A stretch of DNA of 64,000 nt from positions 276,858 through 340,857 of the forward strand of contig JANRJK010000036.1 in the NCBI GenBank assembly GCA_033764015.1, given 5' to 3'. Below are positions 37,123-46,548 of this stretch, in pieces; the stretch's first letter is position 1, and each line of letters starts with the position of its first letter. This DNA comes from Candidatus Sumerlaeia bacterium (GTDB lineage: Bacteria > Sumerlaeota > Sumerlaeia > SLMS01 > JANRJK01). The notes below the pieces were generated by a model. The model did no database searches, was not told where the DNA came from, and was given only the letters and a program-made list of their open reading frames with translations. The position numbers and the translations under genes were made by a program.

Positions 37123-39114
37123 CTAGCCGAGCTCCTCGAGTTCCTTGGCGAGCCGCTCTTCGGCCTCCTGCGCCTCGATCCACGCCTCGTCGAGCTTGGC
37201 CTTCGCGGCCTTCCACTTCTCGAGGTCGGCGGCGAGCGCGCCGAGCTTCCTGTGGTCCGCGGCGTTGGACGGGTCGGCGATCTGGTTCTCGAGTTCGTTG
37301 ATCGAGGCCTCGACGTCGTACATCTTGTCCTCGAGCTCGGCGATGCGCTTCTCGGCGAGGCGGTGCTCGCGGCTCGCGCGCTTGATGGCCGCGTCGCGGT
37401 CGCGCTTCTCGAGCTTGGGCTGCTCGGGCTCGGCGGGCTTGGGGGCGGCGGACTTGCGGAGCGCCTTGGCGGGCGCGGGGGGCGCGCCGCTGGCGGCCTC
37501 GGCCATCGCCTTCTTGCGGTCGACGTACTCCGAGTACGTGCCCGGGTAGCTCGTCAGCTTCGAACCCTCGATCTCGACCACCCGCGTCGTCACCGCATCG
37601 AGGAAGTAGCGGTCGTGGGAGACGAGGAGCACCGAGCCGTCGTACTGGCGCAGCGCCTCCTCCAGCGTGAGGCGCGAGCCGAGGTCGAGGTGGTTGGTGG
37701 GTTCGTCCATCAGGAGGAGGTTCGCCTTGCCGCAGAGCATCTTGGCGAGGCGGAGGCGGGTGCGCTCGCCGCCGGACAGCACGGAGACCTTCTTCTCGAT
37801 GTCCTCGCCGCGGAAGAGGAACGCGCCGAGGACGGACCGCGCCATGCCGGAGACCTCGAGCGGGGCGGCGGCGAGGAACTCGTCGAGCACCGTGTTCTCC
37901 GGGTGGAGGTCTTCGACGTCGTACTGGGCGAAGTAGGCGAAGTCGACGTTGCCGCCGAAGGTCACCTCTCCGGCCTCGCGCGCGAGGCGCCCCGCGAGGA
38001 TCCGCATGAAGGTGGTCTTGCCGGCGCCGTTGTGGCCCGCGAGGGCCACCTTTTCGCCGCGGTAGATCGTGAGGCCGATGCCGTCGAGCACCTTGAGGGG
38101 GCCGTAGGACTTTGCGATGCCCTCGGCGACGAGCACCTCCTTGCCGCTGCGCGGGGCGGGCGGGAAGCGGAAGGCGATGGTCTTGTTGTCGCCCATGTCC
38201 GGCTCGTCGACCAGGTCCATCTTGTCGATCATCTTCAAGCGGGACTGGACGGCGGATGCCTTGGTCGCCTTGGAGCGGAAGCGGTCGATGAACTTCTGGT
38301 GGTGCGCGAGCATCTGCTGCTGGTTCTTCCAGACGCGGAGCGCCATCTGGCGGCGCTCCTCGCGCTGCATGATCGAGGACGAGTAGTTGCCGTCGTAGAG
38401 GTGGGCCTCGCCGCTGTCGAGCTCGACGACCTTCGTCACGAGCGCGTCCATGAACATGCGCTCGTGGGAGACCATCAGGACGGAGCCGGTGTGGCCGCGG
38501 ATCCAGTCGGCGAGCCACTCGATGGACTCGATGTCGAGGTGGTTCGTGGGCTCGTCGAGGAGGAGGATGTCGGGGTTGCGGAGCAGGAGCCGCGCGAGCG
38601 CGATGCGCATCTGCCAGCCGCCGGAGAACTCGCGGCACTTGCGGCGGCGGTCCTTCGGGAGGAAGCCGAGGCCGTCGAGCACGCGGCCGATCTGCGCGTC
38701 CATGGTGTAGACGTCGCGCCGCTCCATCTCGTGCATGAGGTATTCGTAGCGGTCGGCGATGTCGGCGAACTCGGGCGTGTCGTGCGCGACGTGCGCCATG
38801 CGCTCCTCGAGGGTGCGCATCTCCGCCTCGTGCTCGAGCACCTCGACGAAGACCGCGCGGCACTCCTCCTCGACGGAGTTGTCCGTGTTCATTTCGAGGT
38901 TCTGGGGCAGGTAGCCGAGCTCCGCGGAGTGCGGGTAGGTGACGGCTCCGGATTCAGGCGAGATCTCGCCGGCGATGACCTTCAGCAGGGTGGACTTGCC
39001 CATGCCGTTGGGGCCGATGATCGCCGCGCGGGCACCGTCGTCCACGCGGAACGATACTCCGTCGAGGATGGTGCGGCCTCCGAAGTGGAGGGTGACATTC
39101 TGTACGTCGAACAT
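37123..39114 (-). CDS. ABC-F family ATPase (two ABC domains plus a C-terminal coiled coil), translation-factor-like
   Basis: Trimmed to MFDVQNVTLHFGGRTIL... Two Walker A sites (GPNGMGKST, GHNGAGKTT), two LSGG signatures (FSGGWQMR, LSGGERTR), and a Lys/Glu-rich C-terminal helix. Confidence 0.85.
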   Translation of the reverse strand: MFDVQNVTLHFGGRTILDGVSFRVDDGARAAIIGPNGMGKSTLLKVIAGEISPESGAVTYPHSAELGYLPQNLEMNTDNSVEEECRAVFVEVLEHEAEMRTLEERMAHVAHDTPEFADIADRYEYLMHEMERRDVYTMDAQIGRVLDGLGFLPKDRRRKCREFSGGWQMRIALARLLLRNPDILLLDEPTNHLDIESIEWLADWIRGHTGSVLMVSHERMFMDALVTKVVELDSGEAHLYDGNYSSSIMQREERRQMALRVWKNQQQMLAHHQKFIDRFRSKATKASAVQSRLKMIDKMDLVDEPDMGDNKTIAFRFPPAPRSGKEVLVAEGIAKSYGPLKVLDGIGLTIYRGEKVALAGHNGAGKTTFMRILAGRLAREAGEVTFGGNVDFAYFAQYDVEDLHPENTVLDEFLAAAPLEVSGMARSVLGAFLFRGEDIEKKVSVLSGGERTRLRLAKMLCGKANLLLMDEPTNHLDLGSRLTLEEALRQYDGSVLLVSHDRYFLDAVTTRVVEIEGSKLTSYPGTYSEYVDRKKAMAEAASGAPPAPAKALRKSAAPKPAEPEQPKLEKRDRDAAIKRASREHRLAEKRIAELEDKMYDVEASINELENQIADPSNAADHRKLGALAADLEKWKAAKAKLDEAWIEAQEAEERLAKELEELG

Positions 39115-39185
39115 GCGCGGCTCCTTGCCGGGCGCGAGGATTCGCGCGGAGCCCGGGGGTGTCAAGGCGCGCGCCGGGCGGGCCG

Positions 39186-39647
39186 TTAGGGACGCGCGAT
39201 GCGCAGCGCTCCGGCCCGGGCCTCCTCGACGATTTCCCGCACGGGAACGCCGAGGCGTTCCGCCAGGGCGCGGCAGTCCTCGAACTCCGGCGCCGCGCGC
39301 AGCGGACGCCCATCGAGCAGGGCCACCTTGACGCGCACCTCGCCGCCGCGCAGCGGGAGGGTCCGCTCCTCGCGCCGCAGCGCGTGGCGGCGCACCCGCG
39401 ATTCGCGCACGCCGAGCGTGGCGGTGTGCGTGAGGAGGAACTCGACGAAGCGCGGCGCGTCGGCGGGCTCGCAGAGGATCTCGACGCGGAGGCCCGCGCG
39501 TCCCTTCTTCATGTGCGTGGGGACAACCACGCAGTCGAGGGCGCCGAGCGAGAGCGCCTTGGCCTGCGCGTCGGCGACCACCTGTGGCGACTCGTCGTCC
39601 AGGTCCGCGGCGAGCATCGCCAGTTCGCGCGTTTCCCAGTCGGCCAT
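39186..39647 (-). CDS. Small protein resembling the C-terminal domain of LarC (DUF111) as a standalone ORF
   Basis: Trimmed to MADWETRELAML... Reads ...VVVPTHMKKGRAGLRVEILCEPADAPRFVEFLLTHTATLGVRESRVRRHALRREERTLPLRGGEVRVKVALLDGRPLRAAPEFEDCRALAERLGVPVREI. This matches my memory of the LarC C-terminal 'MKKNRPG..L.VL.....E.....TTTLGVR......R..L.R....V.T..G.V.VK......K.EYED....A...G.P..EV' pattern. Its start codon overlaps the thiL stop. Confidence 0.4.
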   Translation of the reverse strand: MADWETRELAMLAADLDDESPQVVADAQAKALSLGALDCVVVPTHMKKGRAGLRVEILCEPADAPRFVEFLLTHTATLGVRESRVRRHALRREERTLPLRGGEVRVKVALLDGRPLRAAPEFEDCRALAERLGVPVREIVEEARAGALRIARP

Positions 39648-40684
39648 CAGTGCGCCGCTCCCGGATCGCGGAAGTGCTCGAAGCCGCCGGGGCCCAGCGG
39701 CTCGCGGCGCCCGCCGGACCGCTCGAGGAAGACGCCGGCGCCCGCCTCGACCCGTCCGACTCGGCGGGGCGGCGCGAGGCCGGCGGCGGCGAAGGCTTCG
39801 GCCACGCGGGCCTCGTCCGTCGGCAGGCACGCGACGAGCTCGTAGTCCTCGCCGCCGTACAGCAGCAGGTCGAGCGCGTCCTGTCCCGTCTCGCGCGCGA
39901 AGGCGCCGAGCCCGGGCGAGGGCGTCAGCGCGTCCTCGAAGAGGACGACGGCGGCGGCGCTTTGCCGGGCGACCTCCCAGCACTCATGCGCGACGCCGTC
40001 GCTGACGTCGATCATCGCGAGGCGCGGCGCGAGCGACGCGAGCAGGCGCCCCTCGGCGAGGCGCGGCGTCGGCGCCAGATGCCGCGCGACGAGCGCCGAA
40101 TGGTCGCCGCGCGCGGCCGGCGCGTGGCCTTCGAGGAGCTCGAGGCCCGCCGCGCTCTCGCCCGGCGAGCCGGTCAGGTAGACGAAGTCGCCGGGACGCG
40201 CGGCGCCCCGGGCGGCGACCGGCGCCGACTCCCGCACACGGCCCGAGAGCGACAGCGTAAGGCACCACTGCGGCGCGTGGACCACGTCGCCGCCGATCAG
40301 GCGCGCACCGTGCGCTTGGAGCTCGGCGGCGAGACCTTCGAAGAACTCGACCGCGTCGCGCGCTGCGGCGTCACCGGGCGCGGCGAAGGAGAGGAGCGCC
40401 GACTCGGGCTCGGCGCCCATCGCCGCGAGGTCGCTAAGGTTCGAAGCGGCGAGCTTGCGCCCCACGAGGCGGGGCGAATTGCGCTTCCACCAGCGGAAGT
40501 GGACGCCCTCGACCATCGTGTCGAGCGTCCACACCTGCCGCGTCCCCGGCGGCGGGGCCGGCAGCACCGCGGCGTCGTCCCCCGTGCCAAGGACGAGCCC
40601 CTCGGAGTGCCGCGAAAGGAGCGGGCGCAGCCGTTCGAGCAGGCCCCGCTCGCCCAGGGAGGCGAGGGTATCGGGCGCGCTCAC
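39647..40684 (-). CDS. thiL: Thiamine-monophosphate kinase
   Basis: AIR-synthase-related fold: ...LVLGTGDDAAVL...LDTMVEGVHF...LAASNLSDLAAMGAEP...YLTGSPGESAAGL...DVSDGVAHE... A probable GTG start overlaps the thiE stop (GTGA). The N-terminal part of the track ORF is out of frame with thiE. Confidence 0.75.
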   Translation of the reverse strand: MSAPDTLASLGERGLLERLRPLLSRHSEGLVLGTGDDAAVLPAPPPGTRQVWTLDTMVEGVHFRWWKRNSPRLVGRKLAASNLSDLAAMGAEPESALLSFAAPGDAAARDAVEFFEGLAAELQAHGARLIGGDVVHAPQWCLTLSLSGRVRESAPVAARGAARPGDFVYLTGSPGESAAGLELLEGHAPAARGDHSALVARHLAPTPRLAEGRLLASLAPRLAMIDVSDGVAHECWEVARQSAAAVVLFEDALTPSPGLGAFARETGQDALDLLLYGGEDYELVACLPTDEARVAEAFAAAGLAPPRRVGRVEAGAGVFLERSGGRREPLGPGGFEHFRDPGAAH

Positions 40685-41325
40685 GGGGCCGCCTCGGCGC
40701 CGATCGTGGCGCGCAGGGCGAGGACCGCCGCGGTGATGTCCGGTGCCGCGCAGACGGCGCCGATGACGGCTAGCCAAGCCCGCGGCGCCACGGCGAGGAC
40801 GGCGTGAGCGTTGGCTGCGGAGATACCGCCGATCGCCACGATGGGGGCGGGGCTGGTCCTCGCGGCTTCGGCAACCAGGCCGGTTCCCGTCGCGGGGTCG
40901 GCGTTCGCCTTGGTCGACGTCCCGAAGACGGGCCCGACGGCGACATAGTCCACCGGTTCCGCGAGCGCGGCGGCGAGCTGCCCGGCGTTGTGCGTGGAGC
41001 GGCCAATGAGGAACCCGGCGGCCGTCGCGGCGCGGACCTGCGCCGGCGCGGTGTCGCCCTGGCCCAGGTGGACGCCGTCCGCTCCGCAGGCGGCGGCCAG
41101 CCTCCAATCGTCGTTCACGATGAACAGCGCGGCGGCGTCCGCGGTGAGGCGGCGGATGGCATCGGCGTCGGCGCGGAGCATCGCCTCGTCAGCGGATTTG
41201 TCGCGGAGCTGCACGACGCGCGCGCCGCCCGCCAGGAAGCGCCGCGCCTGCTCGGGGTTGGACAGCCGCGAGAGCGCGCGGTCGGTGATGCAGTAGAGGT
41301 CGGGGCCGTGGGGGAAGCTGGTCAT
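40681..41325 (-). CDS. thiE: Thiamine-phosphate synthase
   Basis: Trimmed to MTSFPHGPDLYCITD... Reads ...VVQLRDK...DGVHLGQGD...GRSTHN...DYVAVGPVFGTSTK...PIVAIGGI. Canonical ThiE. Confidence 0.85.
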   Translation of the reverse strand: MTSFPHGPDLYCITDRALSRLSNPEQARRFLAGGARVVQLRDKSADEAMLRADADAIRRLTADAAALFIVNDDWRLAAACGADGVHLGQGDTAPAQVRAATAAGFLIGRSTHNAGQLAAALAEPVDYVAVGPVFGTSTKANADPATGTGLVAEAARTSPAPIVAIGGISAANAHAVLAVAPRAWLAVIGAVCAAPDITAAVLALRATIGAEAAP

Positions 41326-43883
41326 GGAGGCGTGGGGCTCGCGGCGGGGCGCGGCGCTTCGAACTGCTCGACGAGGATGCGGCCTTCGCGCGGAGTGCCA
41401 GCCACCTTTCTCGGAAGCACCGCCACACCGACGCAAACGGAAGCGGCTCCCGCGGGCACCGGCGCGAGATCGACGATCCGGCGCCAGTGGCCGGGGAACA
41501 TCGAACCAGTCGCCATCGGCTCCGTCGAGTAGAGGGGCGCCGGGATCGGCTTCCGGTCCGCGCCGAAGAAGACGTGGCAGAGAGTCGCCTCGTGGAGGGG
41601 CACTCCCTCGACGCGGAGATTGGCGGCGGCGAGGAGGTACTCGGCATCCCCGACGGGAACGGGGGGCGAAAGGAGCGTCAGGCGCGCGGCACGGTCGGCG
41701 GGAACCTGGACTTCGACGACCGGTGCCCCGGTCGGCCCGGCGGCATCCGCCAGCATCCGGATTTCCATCCCCTTTTCCAAGGCGACCCAGCCCGGATTTT
41801 TCGCTTCGGGCGTCGCCGTGAGATGCCACTCGATCCGCTCGGGGGGGAATTCGACGAGCCGGGGGGCTGCGGGCTTGCCAGTTGGGGCGGCCGGCCCGAC
41901 GCTGACCGATCCCATCTTCCAGCGCGACAGCTCCTCCTTCCCATCGCGCGGCGCGTAGACTCCGATGCGGAGCCGATGCGTTCCCGGCTCGATCCGGAGC
42001 GGGAACGCGTAGGTTTTCGCAGAGCCCTCAGCAGTGGAGAGCTCTGCGAGCTGCGAATGCCGCCCATCCACGGAGAGCTCCGCGAAGAGGCGCTGCGCGG
42101 GGTCCGGCGCGTCGGATCCAAGCCACTCAAGGGCGCCCGCAATAGAGATGCCGCCGACACCTTCCGGAATTGTCACGAGATATTCCAGAGCGCCGTCGCG
42201 CTCGCGGAAAATGGCGCCGTCGTCGACTCGCATCCGCGTGTGGTCGGGGAAGGACGCCATGCGGTGCGGTTCGATGGTGAATGGCCATGGCTCGGCCGGG
42301 GGCAGCGCGCCGTTCGCCGCGTAGGGCAGCGGTACGGACTTGTCCGCGGTCCAGCGCTGGAGGCGCGCGTCCTGGTAGCGGCCCTGCGCGGAGACGCCTG
42401 CGTAGACCGTCTCCAGCCACTCGTCGAAACGGGCGTAGAACTCCGGCAAGGGAAGCTGCTGCCAGGAGTTCACCACCCAGAAAGGCTCCGCGCCGGCCAG
42501 CGTGTGCAGGAACGCGGATTCGATGGCGGGAGCGAGATCCATCCGGTAGACGGGGGCGACGACGTTTGGACCGCCGAACGCGGGAAGCCCGGCCGCGGGG
42601 AGTTTCCGCTCCACGCGGGTTCGGTCCATCTGGTCCACGACGAAGACCGGTTCGCCTTGGCGGTACTTTTCCGCGAGCAGCGGCACGAGCCGGTCGAAGT
42701 TCCGGAGGTCGGCGGCAAAATAGGACAGGAGGAACGGGAGTTGGAGCGCGGCGACCGGCGCCAAGGTGGCTGGCAGCGCGAGGCGCCCGAGGCGGCGCTC
42801 GAGGCGTTCCGCGGCCCAGGCAGCGGCCACCGCGGCACCCAGCAGGAAATACGGGAGCATGTACGCGAGGTAGCGGTTGTAGAACGTGCGCTCGAGCGGG
42901 AGATTGAAAATGAACACGAACGAAAAAATGGGGAGTGAAAGAGCCAGCCACGCGAGCGAGCGCCGCTCCGGCGGCGCCTTTTCGTCGGCGAGCAGCAGCC
43001 CGACTCCGGCGCAGGCGAATCCGGTGGGAATCAGCGCCAACCAGTCGCCAACCGGCAGGCGACGGAAAATCCCGAAGCTCCAGTCGGCGAGGATTCCGAA
43101 AAAGAAGCCGGGGCTGAGCGAGATATTGGTGAGGCCGTCCCCCTGCACTTCGATTATCCCCGTGAATTTGTAGTAAAGATCGGTGCGGATCGCGCGGTGT
43201 GACAGGAAAACCATCACGGCGAGGAAAATGGCTGCGGGAACCAGGACGCGCGCCCGCAGGAAAACCGCGGCGAAGCGGGCGCGAACCGCCGGGTTGGCGA
43301 AGATCTGGATCGTGGCGGCGAGCAGGAGCCCCGCCGTGTTGATGGAGCCGAAGGGCTGGTTGAAATGGGCGGCGTAGGAGACGAGCGTGAACGCCGCCGC
43401 GCCCGGCAGCACCGCGCCGCGGAGGAACGCGGCGAGGGCGCACCACTGGAGCACCGCGTAGAGGAACATGCCGGAGTAGTAGTTCCCGTCCTGCGCGTAG
43501 CCGACCAGGTAGGGGTTGATGGCGACGAGCGTTCCGGCGGCGAGCGCGGTCCGCCGGTCCGCCACCCAGCGGACGGCGATCACCATCGCCGCCACGGCGA
43601 GGGTGGATTGCAGGGCGCCGAGGATCCGGAGTCCCACCGCATTGTCCCCAAAGAGGCCCAGCATCCAGCCCGCGGGGATGACGTGCGCGTGGTGCGTCCA
43701 GGAGACGACCGAATAGTCCTGCGCGGAGGCGGCGGCGAGCATGTTGATCTCGTCCAGCCAGAGCTCCGGTTCGCCGAGTTGGAAGAAGCGGAGGAGCGCG
43801 CCCAGCGCGGCGAGCGCGAGGGCTGCGGGGGCGGCTTCGAGCGCTTCGCCGGCGAGGGACCGCTCCGGCGGCGACCCGCTCAC
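41322..43883 (-). CDS. Polytopic membrane protein with an ArnT/PMT (GT39/GT83-like) glycosyltransferase N-terminal region and a large C-terminal extracytoplasmic domain
   Basis: A likely GTG start (VSGSPPER...) overlaps the upstream gene's stop (GTGA). ...ALGALLRFFQLGEPELWLDEINMLAAASAQ... and more than 10 TM helices resemble 4-amino-4-deoxy-L-arabinose/protein-mannosyl transferases. Its 3' end overlaps the thiE start. Assignment is tentative. Confidence 0.45.
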   Translation of the reverse strand: MSGSPPERSLAGEALEAAPAALALAALGALLRFFQLGEPELWLDEINMLAAASAQDYSVVSWTHHAHVIPAGWMLGLFGDNAVGLRILGALQSTLAVAAMVIAVRWVADRRTALAAGTLVAINPYLVGYAQDGNYYSGMFLYAVLQWCALAAFLRGAVLPGAAAFTLVSYAAHFNQPFGSINTAGLLLAATIQIFANPAVRARFAAVFLRARVLVPAAIFLAVMVFLSHRAIRTDLYYKFTGIIEVQGDGLTNISLSPGFFFGILADWSFGIFRRLPVGDWLALIPTGFACAGVGLLLADEKAPPERRSLAWLALSLPIFSFVFIFNLPLERTFYNRYLAYMLPYFLLGAAVAAAWAAERLERRLGRLALPATLAPVAALQLPFLLSYFAADLRNFDRLVPLLAEKYRQGEPVFVVDQMDRTRVERKLPAAGLPAFGGPNVVAPVYRMDLAPAIESAFLHTLAGAEPFWVVNSWQQLPLPEFYARFDEWLETVYAGVSAQGRYQDARLQRWTADKSVPLPYAANGALPPAEPWPFTIEPHRMASFPDHTRMRVDDGAIFRERDGALEYLVTIPEGVGGISIAGALEWLGSDAPDPAQRLFAELSVDGRHSQLAELSTAEGSAKTYAFPLRIEPGTHRLRIGVYAPRDGKEELSRWKMGSVSVGPAAPTGKPAAPRLVEFPPERIEWHLTATPEAKNPGWVALEKGMEIRMLADAAGPTGAPVVEVQVPADRAARLTLLSPPVPVGDAEYLLAAANLRVEGVPLHEATLCHVFFGADRKPIPAPLYSTEPMATGSMFPGHWRRIVDLAPVPAGAASVCVGVAVLPRKVAGTPREGRILVEQFEAPRPAASPTPP

Positions 43884-44890
43884 CGGGGGGCGGACAGGCG
43901 GTCCGCGGTGGTCTTGACGGGCGACTCGCCGTCTCCGACGGGATCGCCCTTCTCGTCGTAACGGACGGCGGCAAGGCCGAAGGCCCGGGGGGCGATCATG
44001 CCTTCGAGCGTCCACTTCACGCTGAAGTAAGGTGCCTCGCGCATGTCGGAGAAGCGCCACTCGCCGGTCTGCCGGTCGTAGGTGACGGCGGCGATCAGCC
44101 GTTCCGGGGGCGCGTTGGACTCGCGGGATTTGAACGGGGGGGAGCGGAAGATGGCGAGCTCGCCGTCGCGCCACGGCCTCTTGGGCAGGCGCACGAACTC
44201 AGGATCCTCGAACATGGCGGACATGGCGCGGTAGTTCACGGAGGCGCCCGATTCCATGCGGTGCTGCAGGTCGCGGATGTATTCGCGCGGCGGTCGCGAG
44301 CCGGTGAAGGAGACCTGGCGTCCGGGGCTGAGCGAGCGGTACACGTCCTCGGCGTTCATGAGTCGCCAGGCGCCGCGCCAGGAGGCGAGGGCGCTGAGCG
44401 GGGTGGAGAAGTCCTGCACCCGCTCGTTGTAGAAGATGAGGTCGTTGTAGCGCTTGAAGTCGGCCATCATCTTGCGCTTCTCCAGCGCGGCGTCGGCGAA
44501 CTGGACGGCGTAGACGGTCGCGATCAGCGCGGCGGCGCTGGCGGCCAGGAGGAAGGACTGCTTGCGGGCGCGGACGAAGCGGGCGATGTCGCCGGCGCGC
44601 TCCTCGGCGATGCGGAGGCTGCGGCGCTTGTGGTAGGACATCGCCTTCTTGGGCGCCTCGGCCTCGAGGGCCTTGCGGACCTGCTCGTCGCCGTAGCCCG
44701 GCGGGGCGGGGGCGGCGACGGCGGAGGCGGCCTTCTCCTCGCGGCGGCGGGCCTCCTCCGCGCGCATCTCCGCCAGCTTGCGCTCGCGCTCCTCGCGGGC
44801 GCGCTCGTCCGGCGGCTTCAGCTTGTCCCAGTTGCGGCGGCGTCCGCGCTGGATCTCGTCCCAGTCCATCCGTCGGGCGGTGCGCTCCAA
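43880..44890 (-). CDS. Hypothetical single-pass membrane protein with a highly charged N-terminus
   Basis: N-terminal KR/E-rich segment (ERKLAEMRAEEARRREEK), TM helix FLLAASAAALIATVYAV, then a roughly 200-aa extracytoplasmic domain. It is the first gene of the long minus-strand operon. Confidence 0.5.
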   Translation of the reverse strand: MERTARRMDWDEIQRGRRRNWDKLKPPDERAREERERKLAEMRAEEARRREEKAASAVAAPAPPGYGDEQVRKALEAEAPKKAMSYHKRRSLRIAEERAGDIARFVRARKQSFLLAASAAALIATVYAVQFADAALEKRKMMADFKRYNDLIFYNERVQDFSTPLSALASWRGAWRLMNAEDVYRSLSPGRQVSFTGSRPPREYIRDLQHRMESGASVNYRAMSAMFEDPEFVRLPKRPWRDGELAIFRSPPFKSRESNAPPERLIAAVTYDRQTGEWRFSDMREAPYFSVKWTLEGMIAPRAFGLAAVRYDEKGDPVGDGESPVKTTADRLSAPR

Positions 44891-45018
44891 GGGGTTGCGC
44901 GGCGGGTGCCGCGCGGCTATCGACTGTGATCGTGGCGCAGCGGGGAGGGACTGGCAAGCCCCGCCCGAGGAGGAGACGCGTGGACGCGAACGGCGGCGAC
45001 GGGGCTTGGCGCGGATGG

Positions 45019-46548
45019 ATGGAGCGGTTCGCCCGCGCGCTGGTGGGCCAAGGGGCGCGCGAGGACCGGCCCGGCGGCGAGTCGCGCCCCGTCGAGGAGC
45101 GGCTGCTGCAGGCGGTCTGGGCGGAGCAGTTCCTGCGGGCGGACGCGCTCACCACGGCGAGCGGCAAGCGCGTCGAGGTGCTGGAGCCGGGGCGCTGGAA
45201 CACCGGGGCCGGGCCGGACTTCCTCGATGCGCGCCTCCGCATCCTCGGCGCCGAGGTCGAGGGCGACGTCGAGATCCACCGCGACTCGGCGGACTGGACG
45301 CGGCACGGCCACCACCGCGACTTCGCCTACAACCGGACCGTGCTCCATGCCGTGCTTCGTTCGAGCGACGACCGACCCTACGAGGAGCTGCAGAACGGCG
45401 CGCGCCTCGAGCGCCTCGTGATCGAGCAGGCGATCGAGCCGGGCCTGGAGACGCTCCGGGCGACGGTGAACCTTGAGGAGTACCCCTACGGGCGCCCGGC
45501 GCACCTCGGCGTCTGCCACGACGAGTTCATGCGCCTGCCGGAGGCGGAACTGCTCGAGTTCCTGGATGTCGCGGGGCGGGCGCGGGTCGAGGACCGGCTG
45601 CGGCGCTACCGCGCGCAGGGGCACGGGCTCGACCAGCTCCAGCTCGCGTACCAGGCGTTGATGGCGGGGCAGGGGATGGCCTCGAACAAGACGCTGTACT
45701 TCCTGCTGTCGAAGCGGGCGCCGCTCGGGGAGCTGCGCGACCTGGCGCGCGACCGCGCCGCCGGCGACGAGGCGGACTTCCACCTGGCGGCGCTGCTCTC
45801 CATCGCGCAGCTGTTCCCCGCGGAGCAGGACCTCGCCGCGCAGCGGGACGCGGAGACGGAGGCGTTCCTCGCGGCCTGCGCGGCGAACTGGAAGGTGGCG
45901 CGGCCGTACTTCCGCGACCGCCTGCTGCCCCCGACCCGCCGCTGGTTCCAGGGGATGCGCCCGCCGGGCTTCCCGACGCGGCGGCTGACGGCGGTGGCGG
46001 TGCTGATGTCGCGACTGACGGACCGGGAGGCGCCGCTGCTGGGGCGGATCGAGGCGCGGCTGGGGGCGCTGGAGCCGGACGCGATGGGTCCGAAGGAGTG
46101 GCGCCGCGCGTGGAAGGAGCTGGCGGAGCCGCTCGTGGTGGAGGAGCCGGGGCGCTACTTCGCGCGGCGCTTCACGGTCGGCGGCAAGGAGGGGAAGGCG
46201 CTGGCGCTGCTGGGCGAGCCGGCGGCGCGGGGGCTGCTCTTCAACGTGGCGCTGCCGCTGGTGCTGCTGGCGGCGCGGGAGCGCGGCGACGCCGCCACGG
46301 AGCGCAAGTGCTGGGGGGCGCTGGGCCGGTTCCCGACGCTGGAGGACAACTCGGTGACGCGCTTCATGAAGCGGCGGCTGTTCGGCGACGGCGACCCGCG
46401 GGAGGGCTACTTCGCGACGGAGCTGCGGCAGCAGGCGCTGATGCGCGTGTTCACCGACTGCTGCTCGCACAACGAGCGGACGTGCGCGGACTGCGCGTTC
46501 CTGTCGCTGGGCGAGCGGCTGCGTTCGGCGGAGGCGCGGGGGGCCTAG
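45019..46548 (+). CDS. DUF2851-family protein
   Basis: EERLLQAVWAEQFLRADALTTASGKRVEVLEPGRWNTGAGPDFLDARLRILGAEVEGDVEIHRDSADWTRHGHHRDFAYNRTVLHAVL matches the DUF2851 N-terminal consensus (YVWQ..F......T.DG..VEVI.PG..N..AGPDF.NAKI.I......G.VEIH...SDW..HGH..D..Y..VILHVV). Start trimmed to MERFARAL. Confidence 0.6.
   Translation: MERFARALVGQGAREDRPGGESRPVEERLLQAVWAEQFLRADALTTASGKRVEVLEPGRWNTGAGPDFLDARLRILGAEVEGDVEIHRDSADWTRHGHHRDFAYNRTVLHAVLRSSDDRPYEELQNGARLERLVIEQAIEPGLETLRATVNLEEYPYGRPAHLGVCHDEFMRLPEAELLEFLDVAGRARVEDRLRRYRAQGHGLDQLQLAYQALMAGQGMASNKTLYFLLSKRAPLGELRDLARDRAAGDEADFHLAALLSIAQLFPAEQDLAAQRDAETEAFLAACAANWKVARPYFRDRLLPPTRRWFQGMRPPGFPTRRLTAVAVLMSRLTDREAPLLGRIEARLGALEPDAMGPKEWRRAWKELAEPLVVEEPGRYFARRFTVGGKEGKALALLGEPAARGLLFNVALPLVLLAARERGDAATERKCWGALGRFPTLEDNSVTRFMKRRLFGDGDPREGYFATELRQQALMRVFTDCCSHNERTCADCAFLSLGERLRSAEARGA

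Noticed and set aside
35915-38863. 982-aa minus-strand ORF
   Set aside because: A fusion artefact. The C-terminal 395 aa are chrA; the N-terminal part is an out-of-frame read-through of the ABC-F gene. Split at MEPAATG.
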